A stretch of 64,000 bases of DNA, taken from the IMG/VR virus record IMGVR_UViG_3300005573_001166, positions 95,387 to 159,386 of that record, one strand, 5' to 3'. This document shows, one piece after another, positions 26,999 to 36,367 of this stretch. Every line of letters starts with the position of its first letter. The stretch's first letter is position 1. The notes beneath the pieces were generated by a model, which saw only the letters and a program-made list of their open reading frames with translations, ran no database searches and was not told the DNA's origin. The DNA comes from a virus. The position numbers were made by a program, and so were the translations under genes.

Positions 26999-29335
26999 AT
27001 GGGTGGAGGTCGCTCCCCTTTCGATGTGCCAGGAGCAGATGAGGTATTATCTCGGTTGCGTATTACATTTGATGTTGATACCCGTGATCTGCAACAGGGA
27101 TTAGCACAAGCAAAAGGTATAATAGATCAGTTTGCTGGCGGTAGAACTGCCCAAGCCTCTGCTGGTCTTATTGCTCTTAAGACCTTAGTGAATGATACTA
27201 CTACAATGATGTCAATGTTGGGTATTCCTGTAAGTGTTACTGCAGCTTTTGGGGAGTTCTTAAAACAGCAGCAAAGCTTCTTAGATCTACAAAGAGCTAT
27301 GTATGATGTAGCTAGAGAGGCTACTAGAGGAGGAATTGCGATTGAGTGGTCTCAGGGACAAGGAGAGGCTATCAGAGGCGTTCTAACTCAAACTGCTACT
27401 TGGGCTAGAGATGAGTTAAGAAGAACTGACCAAGAGATAGCTCAAACGTTTCAGGCAATAGCTAAAGCAGGTATGTTTACAGTCCAGGAGCAGGGTAGAA
27501 GTGCTTTAGCAAGTTTAGAAGAAGTTAGAAGGGCAGCTACAACAGCGTTTACTATGGAAGGTGTTTTAGGTTTCAGTCCTCAACAAGTACAAACAGTTTT
27601 ACAAGCTATGCATGTTAACTTAAGACAAAGCGTAGACGAGATTTATGAGGCTATAGCTAGGTATGGACAAAGAGCCCGACAAATTAGTACTGAGGTTAAT
27701 TTGCCTTTGCAGGAACAAGCTATTATAGTGTCCAATATTATGCAACAATATAGTAAGTTTGGAGTAACCCTAGATGAAGTTTCTGAAACGATGAGGTCCT
27801 TAACTGCAGATACTAAAGAGCAGGCAGGAGCTTTACAAAACCTAGGACTCACATATGATATTATGCAGACAAGGATGAGGGCAAGAGTAGAGACTACTCC
27901 AGAGCAAGTAGTTGCTATGATGCATCAACTTAGCTCTGAAGAAATACGGCGTGTCTTTACTTCTGGTTTGCAAGCACAAGAGATTACAAACAGGCAGAAG
28001 GAGATATCTAGACGTTTACAGGAGACTGGAGTAGGAAGGATATTAGGGTTTACAGAAGAAGAGATGGGAAGTGGAAGAGCAGGTGCATTATTAATGGAAG
28101 GGCGGAGAGGTACAGGGGAGCGAATAAGAGATATAGAATGGCCTATGTTGCAAAGGACCTTCTCTGATCTTATGAACTTGGGGGTAGCAGTAAGTCTTGC
28201 AATGCAGAAATTGGTAGGTACAGGAGGAATGCCTGAAGAGGTTATGGCTCCCTGGCTTATACCTATAGCAAGGAATGTATTTGGACCTGCTGCTGCAGAA
28301 GCTTATTCGCATTTACTGGACGTCGCTTCTAGAGATGTTGCCCGTCCTATTACAGCTACATTAGAGAGTACAAGTGCAGAACGCAGGGGAGATGCAGCAA
28401 AGCAACTAACTGCTCTAGAGGAAGGTTCAAGAGTGCAGAAAGATCATTTTGTTAGCACTCAAGAATATTACCGAAATTCTCTAGAATATTTAAAACAAAT
28501 AGTTGAGAACACTATGGGATGGCAGCAACGGATAGGATGGGGAATACGGACTGCATATCGAGAGTTTGCAAGTGAGGATGTTAGAGCAGCAGCTGCTCAA
28601 CGGCAAGCCGAAGCTGTAGGTCAGGAAATTGCCTCTGCTGCTGCAAAGATTCCAGAGGGACAGGAAAGAGCGGGTCTTTGGGAAAGGGCTGCGGACCTTC
28701 TTGGAAGGGTGTTTCGCATGCAGGTGTTAGGTAGGACGGCGACTGGTGTGCCGACACCTGATTCTGAGAGGTTATGGAATGAAGCGCTTGCTGAAGATGT
28801 ATTAAGTACTTTAGGTTACTATACTGAAAGCCGGACTGAAGTTGCAAAACGCTTGAGAGAGGCATATCGAGCGTTACAGAATCAGATAGGGGATATAGAT
28901 AAAGGGGATATAGATATTCTGAGGGGTAGGATTATGTACAGAAACGAACCTATTCCTGTTCCCGCTCTTTTAGGTTTAGTTCAGCAATTTTCTAAGTTAC
29001 AGGGGTACAGCGGGCAGTTTCCTAATCTGGAGCAACTACTACAGTTTGCTCAGCAGCAAGGAATTACTATTCCTGAAGTAAAGCCTCCTCCTTCGCCAAC
29101 TATTTCTCCACCTGCTGGAGCTCCACCTCAAACGACTCCATCTCCACCGACTCCTACCACCGGTCCTTCAAGGGAAGGACAACCAACAAGTATGCTTCCC
29201 AAGGAGTTAAATTTGAAGATAGATCATTTAACTATCAGAACAAACGATTCTATTTCTACTGTTAGGGCAGATGATGTAGAAGATGTAATGGGCGTATGGT
29301 TTTTTGAAAATAGTCAGTACAAAAGTTATGATTAA
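26999..29335 (+). CDS. Tape measure protein
   Basis: 778 aa, Ala/Gln/Glu-rich and helical, directly after the G/GT chaperone; Pro-rich linker near the C-terminus. Confidence 0.75.
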   Translation: MGGGRSPFDVPGADEVLSRLRITFDVDTRDLQQGLAQAKGIIDQFAGGRTAQASAGLIALKTLVNDTTTMMSMLGIPVSVTAAFGEFLKQQQSFLDLQRAMYDVAREATRGGIAIEWSQGQGEAIRGVLTQTATWARDELRRTDQEIAQTFQAIAKAGMFTVQEQGRSALASLEEVRRAATTAFTMEGVLGFSPQQVQTVLQAMHVNLRQSVDEIYEAIARYGQRARQISTEVNLPLQEQAIIVSNIMQQYSKFGVTLDEVSETMRSLTADTKEQAGALQNLGLTYDIMQTRMRARVETTPEQVVAMMHQLSSEEIRRVFTSGLQAQEITNRQKEISRRLQETGVGRILGFTEEEMGSGRAGALLMEGRRGTGERIRDIEWPMLQRTFSDLMNLGVAVSLAMQKLVGTGGMPEEVMAPWLIPIARNVFGPAAAEAYSHLLDVASRDVARPITATLESTSAERRGDAAKQLTALEEGSRVQKDHFVSTQEYYRNSLEYLKQIVENTMGWQQRIGWGIRTAYREFASEDVRAAAAQRQAEAVGQEIASAAAKIPEGQERAGLWERAADLLGRVFRMQVLGRTATGVPTPDSERLWNEALAEDVLSTLGYYTESRTEVAKRLREAYRALQNQIGDIDKGDIDILRGRIMYRNEPIPVPALLGLVQQFSKLQGYSGQFPNLEQLLQFAQQQGITIPEVKPPPSPTISPPAGAPPQTTPSPPTPTTGPSREGQPTSMLPKELNLKIDHLTIRTNDSISTVRADDVEDVMGVWFFENSQYKSYD

Positions 29336-29349
29336 GGTAGGGGTGTTTA

Positions 29350-29949
29350 ATGGGGACGATTAGGCAGACGATAGAACGCATTAAAATAGAGCGTATTTCT
29401 GATTCAAACGATTTTGTGGAAATGTACGTAAATCCTCAGAGGATATCAATTAGACAGAGTAAAGTAATGCAGCAAGTGCAGACGAATACAGGTTGGATTT
29501 TTCAGCACTGGGGATACGAGCCTATTGTTATAAGCTATTCAGGTGTAACAGGTTATATAGATCATCATAGTAAGGATCCTTATACCACTAATGCCTACCA
29601 GGCATTACTTAAGTTGAAGCATTTTTATGAAGCTCCCCAGAAGCAGCTACAAGGTATGGCAGCAGACCTTAATAAGATATCTGCAGAAGTAAATACTGAG
29701 CTTAGTAAGCTTGCTTTAAGGCTTCATTACAGAGCCGACACTTATGATGGGTATTTGACTAGATTTGAGTTTACAGAAGAAGAAAGCTCTCCTTGGTTAT
29801 GGTCATACAGTATGGAGTTCAAGGCTTATTCATCTACCTATTCAACTTCAGCTTTGTCAGAAAGCAGTTCTTTAAGTGCATTTGAAAGTGAAGCTAAAAG
29901 CAGAGGGTTGTCACAGGATTCTGATCTTACAGGAGCAGTAAATCTATAG
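29350..29949 (+). CDS. Baseplate tube-initiator protein
   Basis: MYVNPQRISI..SK....QT..GW..QHWG.....ISYSGVTG; Y.GYL..FEF.E....PW...YSMEF. Confidence 0.65.
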   Translation: MGTIRQTIERIKIERISDSNDFVEMYVNPQRISIRQSKVMQQVQTNTGWIFQHWGYEPIVISYSGVTGYIDHHSKDPYTTNAYQALLKLKHFYEAPQKQLQGMAADLNKISAEVNTELSKLALRLHYRADTYDGYLTRFEFTEEESSPWLWSYSMEFKAYSSTYSTSALSESSSLSAFESEAKSRGLSQDSDLTGAVNL

Positions 29950-29963
29950 TAAGGGGTTAAACT

Positions 29964-32315
29964 ATGTCTAAGCCGGTAGAAGAGCAGTTAAAAGAAAGCA
30001 TAGAGAAGCAGACTGAGCTAGATTTAAAGAAGTATCTTGAAGATAAACTAGCTCAGTATGTTAGAGCAGAAGAACTGCGTATGTGGATTACAAATAGAAA
30101 GAGGACAGGTTATACTGCTAAAGTACCCCTACCCAGCGAATATTCTGTTTCTTTACCTAAAGAGCAGTGGGTTATTGCCTGGATAGATGTGTATACAGGT
30201 AGGAGTTTAGATAAGAGTTTTCGCGAGCTTTTAGGAGCAGATGTAGATCTTTCTAAGTTACCTACTGCGGGTTCCTCTTTTAAAGGGGGTATTGCACAGT
30301 CTTATGGTGCAGTCGCTGAGGACTCTAATGTTTTTAAAACAGAAGATTTTATAAGATTGAGTAACATACAAAGCATTCGCACTAGGATGTCTACTGACAG
30401 TACTGCCCCCGGCTCATGCACTATAACTTTGCAGAATCCGTTAGTTTTGAAAACTGCGGGCGGAACACAGTATTGGGAAAGGTTTTACTATAAGACAGGT
30501 AGGTATATAGACGGTACAAGGGTTTGGTATCTGTCTAAAAAGCCTTCTAAGTGGTATTGCGGTAAATTGAAGAAGGTTAACTCACCTGAAGAAGCTACTA
30601 TAGTTTTAGACGAGATACCTTTTAAAGTAATGTGGGAGGGAGGTACTCCTGAAGAGCAAATTCTTCCATCAGATACAGAGAGGTTTTTTGCCGAAGAAAT
30701 GGGGGAGCCTATTTTAGAGCCTATGCAGAAATTTAAAGTATATGCTGTGAATAGGTTTCCTTACGATCTTTTAAGTAAATATGACTACAAGAGTGTTTTT
30801 GAAAAGTCTATGTCTTCCACTGCCGCTATGTTACTTTTTGGAGCTTCTCCTACTAGAAGCCAAACACCTGAAACTTCTGAAAGTGAAGGTTCTGGTTTAT
30901 ATGCTAGTCCTATATTTACTGGTTATATATGTGATGTATCCCATAGACAAGAAGGAGCTAATTGGTATATAAATATTGTAGGCAAGGATGTTACCTGTTG
31001 GTTGGACTATAGTAGACTTAATGTTAATCCTAGTTTAAACGTCTGGGGGCAAGACGTAGCTGCAGAGGCTTTTCGCAGTGAAATGCCTATTTATACTATA
31101 AAATATGCAGGTATGTCTGCAAGAGATATAATAACATCCCTGTTTTTAGGAGGCTCTGCTGCTGATGTAAGTACTTCCGCTAAATTATATACATCCTCAG
31201 CGGGAACGGAGGAAGTTACTGGCATAGCAGGTATTTCTGTACCGGTTTCCGGTCGAGTTACTTTGCACAATACGACTCCTGTAAATAACAGGTATAGAGT
31301 TACGACTTCTGATGGTTACACGGGTTGGATAGATAAATCTGCCATATCTAGGACGTATTCCGTTTATACGGGTGTAGGTAACTTTGTTTTGGATAGTAGT
31401 GTTGTATTACCTGTATATGAGGTAGGTGCTCCTATTGAACAGCTTTATAAGAAAATGCTTCCTGATAAACTTGCAGTAGATCCTATCTTTGAGAGGGAGA
31501 AAGACGATGCCGTTTATCAGTCTTACAGGTATTACTTTCGTCAAAATTGGCCTACGTATCAATCAGATTATATTACTAGGAGAGATGTAGTAAATACTGT
31601 ATGTAAAACGACTAATACGGAATGTTATGCCGATGGCGATGGTAAGGTATGGTTTCATCCTATTTGGGCATACCACTCAGTTACATCTCCAGTTTATGTG
31701 CTGCATAAAGAAGATGTAATATCTTGGTCTTTTACTTTTTCTGACAGGGAGGTCGTTACTTGGGTTCAAGCAACAGGTGAGTTTGATTTTAACGCGTTAC
31801 CTACAGGTATGTTGTTTTCTCAGGTTTTCGAGACTCCTGAAATGGTAGGTAGGTTTGGTATAAGAGGTGCTGTATTTAGGAATCCTAACTTGAGAAATAT
31901 AGCAGCATGTAGGGCTTTTGCCGAAGCCATGATGAGAAGGTTAAATACTAATATAGTTACGGGTACTGTTACTATGGTGTTGAGGCCAGAACTTCATTTG
32001 GCAAGAAATGTATATATTCCTTGGTTGAATGCAATAGGTTACATTGCTGCTATAGAGCATCAGATACAATACGGAAGCAGAGCTACTACTACTTTAGATT
32101 TGAGGTATGTGAGAAGGCCCTGGGAACCTTGGACGGTAATAAATTATGAAGGAGACTCGGATGTTGATTATGTAGGACCTACCTCCAAAGAAACTACTTT
32201 TCCTAATTACGGTACAACTCTACAAGGAGCCAATCTATCTATGCAAAAGCCTGTCACATCTACTGAGAGAAGTGACGTATCTGCCACTTCTCCTACAAAA
32301 AAGGAAACAAAGTAA
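29964..32315 (+). CDS. Baseplate hub protein (gp27/gpD-like) with an inserted SH3b-like segment
   Basis: GSCTITLQNP, IFTGYI.DV, I.GKD...LD, ECYAD.DG.V.F, G.VTM.LRPEL, GYI..IEH. Insert RYRVTTSDGYTGWIDKSAI. Confidence 0.7.
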   Translation: MSKPVEEQLKESIEKQTELDLKKYLEDKLAQYVRAEELRMWITNRKRTGYTAKVPLPSEYSVSLPKEQWVIAWIDVYTGRSLDKSFRELLGADVDLSKLPTAGSSFKGGIAQSYGAVAEDSNVFKTEDFIRLSNIQSIRTRMSTDSTAPGSCTITLQNPLVLKTAGGTQYWERFYYKTGRYIDGTRVWYLSKKPSKWYCGKLKKVNSPEEATIVLDEIPFKVMWEGGTPEEQILPSDTERFFAEEMGEPILEPMQKFKVYAVNRFPYDLLSKYDYKSVFEKSMSSTAAMLLFGASPTRSQTPETSESEGSGLYASPIFTGYICDVSHRQEGANWYINIVGKDVTCWLDYSRLNVNPSLNVWGQDVAAEAFRSEMPIYTIKYAGMSARDIITSLFLGGSAADVSTSAKLYTSSAGTEEVTGIAGISVPVSGRVTLHNTTPVNNRYRVTTSDGYTGWIDKSAISRTYSVYTGVGNFVLDSSVVLPVYEVGAPIEQLYKKMLPDKLAVDPIFEREKDDAVYQSYRYYFRQNWPTYQSDYITRRDVVNTVCKTTNTECYADGDGKVWFHPIWAYHSVTSPVYVLHKEDVISWSFTFSDREVVTWVQATGEFDFNALPTGMLFSQVFETPEMVGRFGIRGAVFRNPNLRNIAACRAFAEAMMRRLNTNIVTGTVTMVLRPELHLARNVYIPWLNAIGYIAAIEHQIQYGSRATTTLDLRYVRRPWEPWTVINYEGDSDVDYVGPTSKETTFPNYGTTLQGANLSMQKPVTSTERSDVSATSPTKKETK

Positions 32316-34288
32316 TGTTTTCTAAAACTTTTATGGATGATCTTCCGGCCAAACCTTCTCCTTACTTGAGGTGGGGTATAATAGAGGATGTTAGTTTAGT
32401 AGATATCTCTTATAAAGGGTATTCTCCTTTTGGGTATAGGAGTAAAGATATTGTTTTTACTTATGCCAGAACTGCAAGTATAAGGTGGTTAGATGGTCCG
32501 GGGGGTAGAGATTCTGTAAAGTTCATAGAGCCTATAGGTGTAACTTCTGTTCCTATGAAAGGATCGGTAGTAGCTGTCCTTTTTACAGGCCCTACTGGAG
32601 ATCCTGTAATTATAGGTTCATGGACTCAAGCATATAAATCTAGGACACGCTCGGAGTTGGGTAACCTGAATCCAGGCCAGGAAATTTGGCGTAAGTCCGG
32701 TTTGGCATTTAGGATAATTCCTTATTATGACGATTTACGTTCCTACTCGGAACAGTATGCTGCCTCTCCTTGGTCTTTAGATTTGATAATGGGAGAGCAG
32801 CACGATAAAGCATGTTTTTGTCCTACTTGTCAAACTAGATATCCTGCGCACGTATCTTATTCTAATGGCAAGCCTGTATACTCTTGCCCTTTGTATTGCG
32901 AGGTTTGTGCTGCAGAGAATACCCACAGTAAATTAATATTAGTTCACGGATCTGTCTCTCCTGGTGAGGGAGATGCTTGGGCAGAGACGCAAGCAGATTT
33001 ACTTGTTAGTTCTATATTGAGGGGTTTATATACGTTAGCCGATGAACGCATATTGGGAGAGTATATTACTGATAAAAGTGCTCAGCAGTCTATTAGGCAG
33101 TATTTTCGTACATATATATACGATCAACTGGGGCCTACTTATACTCCCACGGTAAGAGATTATTATGTTAATTACGGAATGCAGTTGTGGAGGCAGTTGC
33201 TGGTTACTTATATAAGTGAGGGAGATATACATGCTAATATAAGTTCTGATATACCAGGAGGTATAGGAGATCTTTTAATAGTTCCGTTATCCCAGTTACT
33301 TATAAATTGGATACAATCTGATCTAAAATATTTTGTAGTTAATACTCTTTCTGGAGCTGTGTCAGAAGAAGAAGCAAATAAGTTAATTACTGCTTTAAGA
33401 GACAATTTAGAGACCTATATAAAAAATTATATACCTGCAGTTATTTCTCAATCTTTTCAACGATTTATATACAACAAATCTCGTACTTATATAAGTGAGA
33501 ACATAGCTCTTTTGAGGAGGAAGGCAAGCAGTTGGGTATATAATTTAGCTCTTAGAGATATAGAAAGCAGTTTTAGACGTTCAATGAGGGGTTGGTTAGA
33601 TAAGAATCTCTCAGGTTTTAGAAAAGTTTATTTTGACATTCAAAAAGTTACCTTAGAGGCTGCTGCTGAAGCAGCTCAAAGTGACTTTATAAAACAGTTA
33701 GATAAATCTTTAGAAAAGTTGCAAGATCCCGAAGAACTTCCTATTATGGAGTTACGCGTAAACCAAGATCTTGCCTCTGTGGTAGATACTAGGTTAGGTA
33801 GAGAAGAAGGTAAAGGAGATAAAGCAGCTAGATTAAGAGTTAAGATATATAGAGATGGGGCTATTAAGATGCAGGTGCAGGAGTCTGTTTTTATAGATAT
33901 AGATCCCTCAGGTACAGTAGATATACAGTGCTCAGAGTTAAATATAGATACCTCTCTTTTGCATGCTAACTTAGCTAATACTTCTAGAATATTACCGCAA
34001 GAGAAATTGCAAATAGGTTTACCCGATAAAGAGTATAAACCTGTAACTTTAGATAAAGATGATGTAATGGAAAGTAAAGACTTTCGGGGTTTTATAGAGA
34101 AGATAGCTTGGGCACATATATCAAACCAATTAAATGATATATTCTCTGGAAGCTCTTTAGAAGGCTATGCACCAGATGTTGTTAATAAAATTAGAACTGA
34201 AGCTACCACTTCTCCTTTCAGTGTGCCTGTCCAGAATCAAGTTATAGGTAATACAAAAGCCTCCTCCGAGCATTTAGACGGAAATTAA
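32315..34288 (+). CDS. Probable baseplate spike (gpV/gp5-like OB fold) with Zn-finger and helical insertions
   Basis: Lies between hub and gp25. P.KGSVVAVLF.....PVIIG OB-fold motif, CFCPTC...CPLYCEVC, and beta-repeat FIDIDPSGTVDI. Confidence 0.55.
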   Translation: MFSKTFMDDLPAKPSPYLRWGIIEDVSLVDISYKGYSPFGYRSKDIVFTYARTASIRWLDGPGGRDSVKFIEPIGVTSVPMKGSVVAVLFTGPTGDPVIIGSWTQAYKSRTRSELGNLNPGQEIWRKSGLAFRIIPYYDDLRSYSEQYAASPWSLDLIMGEQHDKACFCPTCQTRYPAHVSYSNGKPVYSCPLYCEVCAAENTHSKLILVHGSVSPGEGDAWAETQADLLVSSILRGLYTLADERILGEYITDKSAQQSIRQYFRTYIYDQLGPTYTPTVRDYYVNYGMQLWRQLLVTYISEGDIHANISSDIPGGIGDLLIVPLSQLLINWIQSDLKYFVVNTLSGAVSEEEANKLITALRDNLETYIKNYIPAVISQSFQRFIYNKSRTYISENIALLRRKASSWVYNLALRDIESSFRRSMRGWLDKNLSGFRKVYFDIQKVTLEAAAEAAQSDFIKQLDKSLEKLQDPEELPIMELRVNQDLASVVDTRLGREEGKGDKAARLRVKIYRDGAIKMQVQESVFIDIDPSGTVDIQCSELNIDTSLLHANLANTSRILPQEKLQIGLPDKEYKPVTLDKDDVMESKDFRGFIEKIAWAHISNQLNDIFSGSSLEGYAPDVVNKIRTEATTSPFSVPVQNQVIGNTKASSEHLDGN

Positions 34289-34296
34289 AATACGGC

Positions 34297-34340
34297 TAAA
34301 ACGGCCTAAAGTTGGGGATAAAGGCCGTTTTAAGAGGGAG
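34297..34340. repeat. Short hairpin related to the dispersed palindromic element (copy D)
   Basis: TAAAACGGCCT...AGGCCGTTTTA followed by AGAGGGAG, like the outer arms of copies A-C. Confidence 0.55.
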
Positions 34341-34383
34341 TACAGTAGATATATTGGTTCTCTAAAAAAGGAGAAAATATAAT

Positions 34384-34890
34384 ATGTCTTACGATTTAGG
34401 GCAAAGAGTCTTATGTAATCATTTAGATAGATACGGGAATGATTATAAATCTAATCCGGGAGCTTGTCCTAAGTGTTTAGGTTTAGGTTATTATTATGAT
34501 ATGCTGTGGGATAATGTTACAGGCAATATTTCGAAGGTGGAAGATTTACATTTATTGCAAGAACTCTGTCTTAAATCTATTTTGACAGAGGTAGGTGATA
34601 ATCCTTTTCATCCTGAGTTTGGTACTCATATTGCAAGCGCTGTTGCATCCCCCACTTTGGAGTCTACTAAAAGGGTCGTTGAGAAGGAAGTAGGAGTTGC
34701 TATGGCAGGTTTAAAAGGGAGACAGGATCTGCAAGCTGCTATAGGGCAGTCTCTATCTAAAGATGAGCGTATATATCAGCTAAAAAAAATAGATGTAAGT
34801 TTATCTGCTTCAGATTCGAGGAACTTAAAAGTAAATATATATATAGTAACTGAATCAGGTAAAGATTTAGTATATTATATTGAGAGGTAG
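34384..34890 (+). CDS. gp25/gpW-like baseplate wedge / sheath initiator
   Basis: LLQEL.LK.ILTE.G.NPFHPEFGT; N-terminal CNH...CPKCLG. Confidence 0.8.
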   Translation: MSYDLGQRVLCNHLDRYGNDYKSNPGACPKCLGLGYYYDMLWDNVTGNISKVEDLHLLQELCLKSILTEVGDNPFHPEFGTHIASAVASPTLESTKRVVEKEVGVAMAGLKGRQDLQAAIGQSLSKDERIYQLKKIDVSLSASDSRNLKVNIYIVTESGKDLVYYIER

Positions 34891-34896
34891 TAGTAA

Positions 34897-36357
34897 ATGG
34901 GTAGTACAGGTATTAAGAGTTTTAGCGACATTGTTCGTAGTTTGATATCGTCCGTCTTAAGTAAGCAACCCAATGCAAACGTTTCTATTGGTACTTTTAT
35001 TCGTGATTTGCTTATAGATGTGCCTGCAGGCGAGATTGCAGATTTATATGGACAGGTTTATGAAGCTCAGAAGGCTCAGTCTATTGCAGAAGCTACAGGA
35101 GATCATTTAGATAGATTGTTGGCCAATTATGCCCTTTATAGAAGATTAGGAACTAAAGCATCTGGTACTGTTTGGTTTCGTACTCCCGTAGCACCTACTT
35201 CCGATATTCTTATACCCGCAGGTACGTTAGTAAGAACTGGTGCTTCCTTAACTCAAGACAGCGTAGAGTTTGTTACTACAGAGTCTGTTACCATGTTTTC
35301 TGCTTTAGCAAGTAGTTATTATAACAGCTTAGAAGATGTATATGAGGTACCTGTACCCGTTACTGCAGTTATGGCAGGTACAGCGGGTAATGTAGGAGCT
35401 TACACTATTTTAGATGTTGTATCCTCTATGCTAAATATGGGTATAGTTAATAAAACTCCTATGGTAGGTGGTACTGACGAGGAGTCAGATGACGAGTTTA
35501 GAGAGAGAGGTTTAGCTGTATTAAGAGGACTAAATGTTGGTACTAAAGGTGGTTACGAGGTCTTAATTGGGGCTATGGAGGGAGTAGGTTCTGTTTGTGT
35601 AGTGACTCCTAATGACGAGGAAATGGAAAGGATAAAAGATGGCGGAGGGGCAGACGTTTGGATATATACTACATCTAATGAGGAGGTAATAGATTCTTAT
35701 ACATACAAATCTGGAGAAGTTTTCCATGTTATGTCTCGTCAACCTGTAAAATATGTTGCTTCTGTTTCGGAAAACGGTCATCTACTTGTCCCAGACTTAG
35801 ATTACAAGTTTCTATATGATACCAGTGTCTATAGTAGGTCTGTATATGGTAATGATAAGATAGTTTGGATTACAAATAGAAGTGTGGGTTCTACTATAGA
35901 AATTACTTACGGCTATTCTAATACGATACGTCAGGCGCAGAATATAATAGATTCTCCTGAAAATCATATAGTGGGAGTAGATGTTTTAGCTAAATTATGC
36001 TATGAAGCTACTGTCGATATAGTAATGACTATAGAGGTATTACCTAACTACGATCCTTCTATAGTGTCTAATTCTGTAGTAAATGACTTAACTGCCTTTA
36101 TTGACGCTTTACCTTTAGGCAGTGAAGTACAACAATCAGATATTATAGCTGCAGCAGAAGCCGTAACCGGGGTAGACTCTGTAGTGTTGCCTCTTACGAC
36201 TTTTACGGTTACCAGAGAAGTATCTGGAGTTACTGATGGTACAGATGAGGTAGAAGGTAAGAGTACTGCACCTCCTGTTACAGGTAACTTAAAGATTAGA
36301 AAGTTTGAATTTGCTAAACCTGGTAGTATTATAGTTAACTATTATTCTAGTGTTTAG
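34897..36357 (+). CDS. Baseplate J (gp6-like) protein
   Basis: ATGDHLD.L...Y.L.R..GTKASGTV.F, IPAGT.V, G..GNV, GGTDEESDDEFRER, AVTGVDSV. Confidence 0.93.
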   Translation: MGSTGIKSFSDIVRSLISSVLSKQPNANVSIGTFIRDLLIDVPAGEIADLYGQVYEAQKAQSIAEATGDHLDRLLANYALYRRLGTKASGTVWFRTPVAPTSDILIPAGTLVRTGASLTQDSVEFVTTESVTMFSALASSYYNSLEDVYEVPVPVTAVMAGTAGNVGAYTILDVVSSMLNMGIVNKTPMVGGTDEESDDEFRERGLAVLRGLNVGTKGGYEVLIGAMEGVGSVCVVTPNDEEMERIKDGGGADVWIYTTSNEEVIDSYTYKSGEVFHVMSRQPVKYVASVSENGHLLVPDLDYKFLYDTSVYSRSVYGNDKIVWITNRSVGSTIEITYGYSNTIRQAQNIIDSPENHIVGVDVLAKLCYEATVDIVMTIEVLPNYDPSIVSNSVVNDLTAFIDALPLGSEVQQSDIIAAAEAVTGVDSVVLPLTTFTVTREVSGVTDGTDEVEGKSTAPPVTGNLKIRKFEFAKPGSIIVNYYSSV

Positions 36358-36367
36358 AGGTGCTTTG

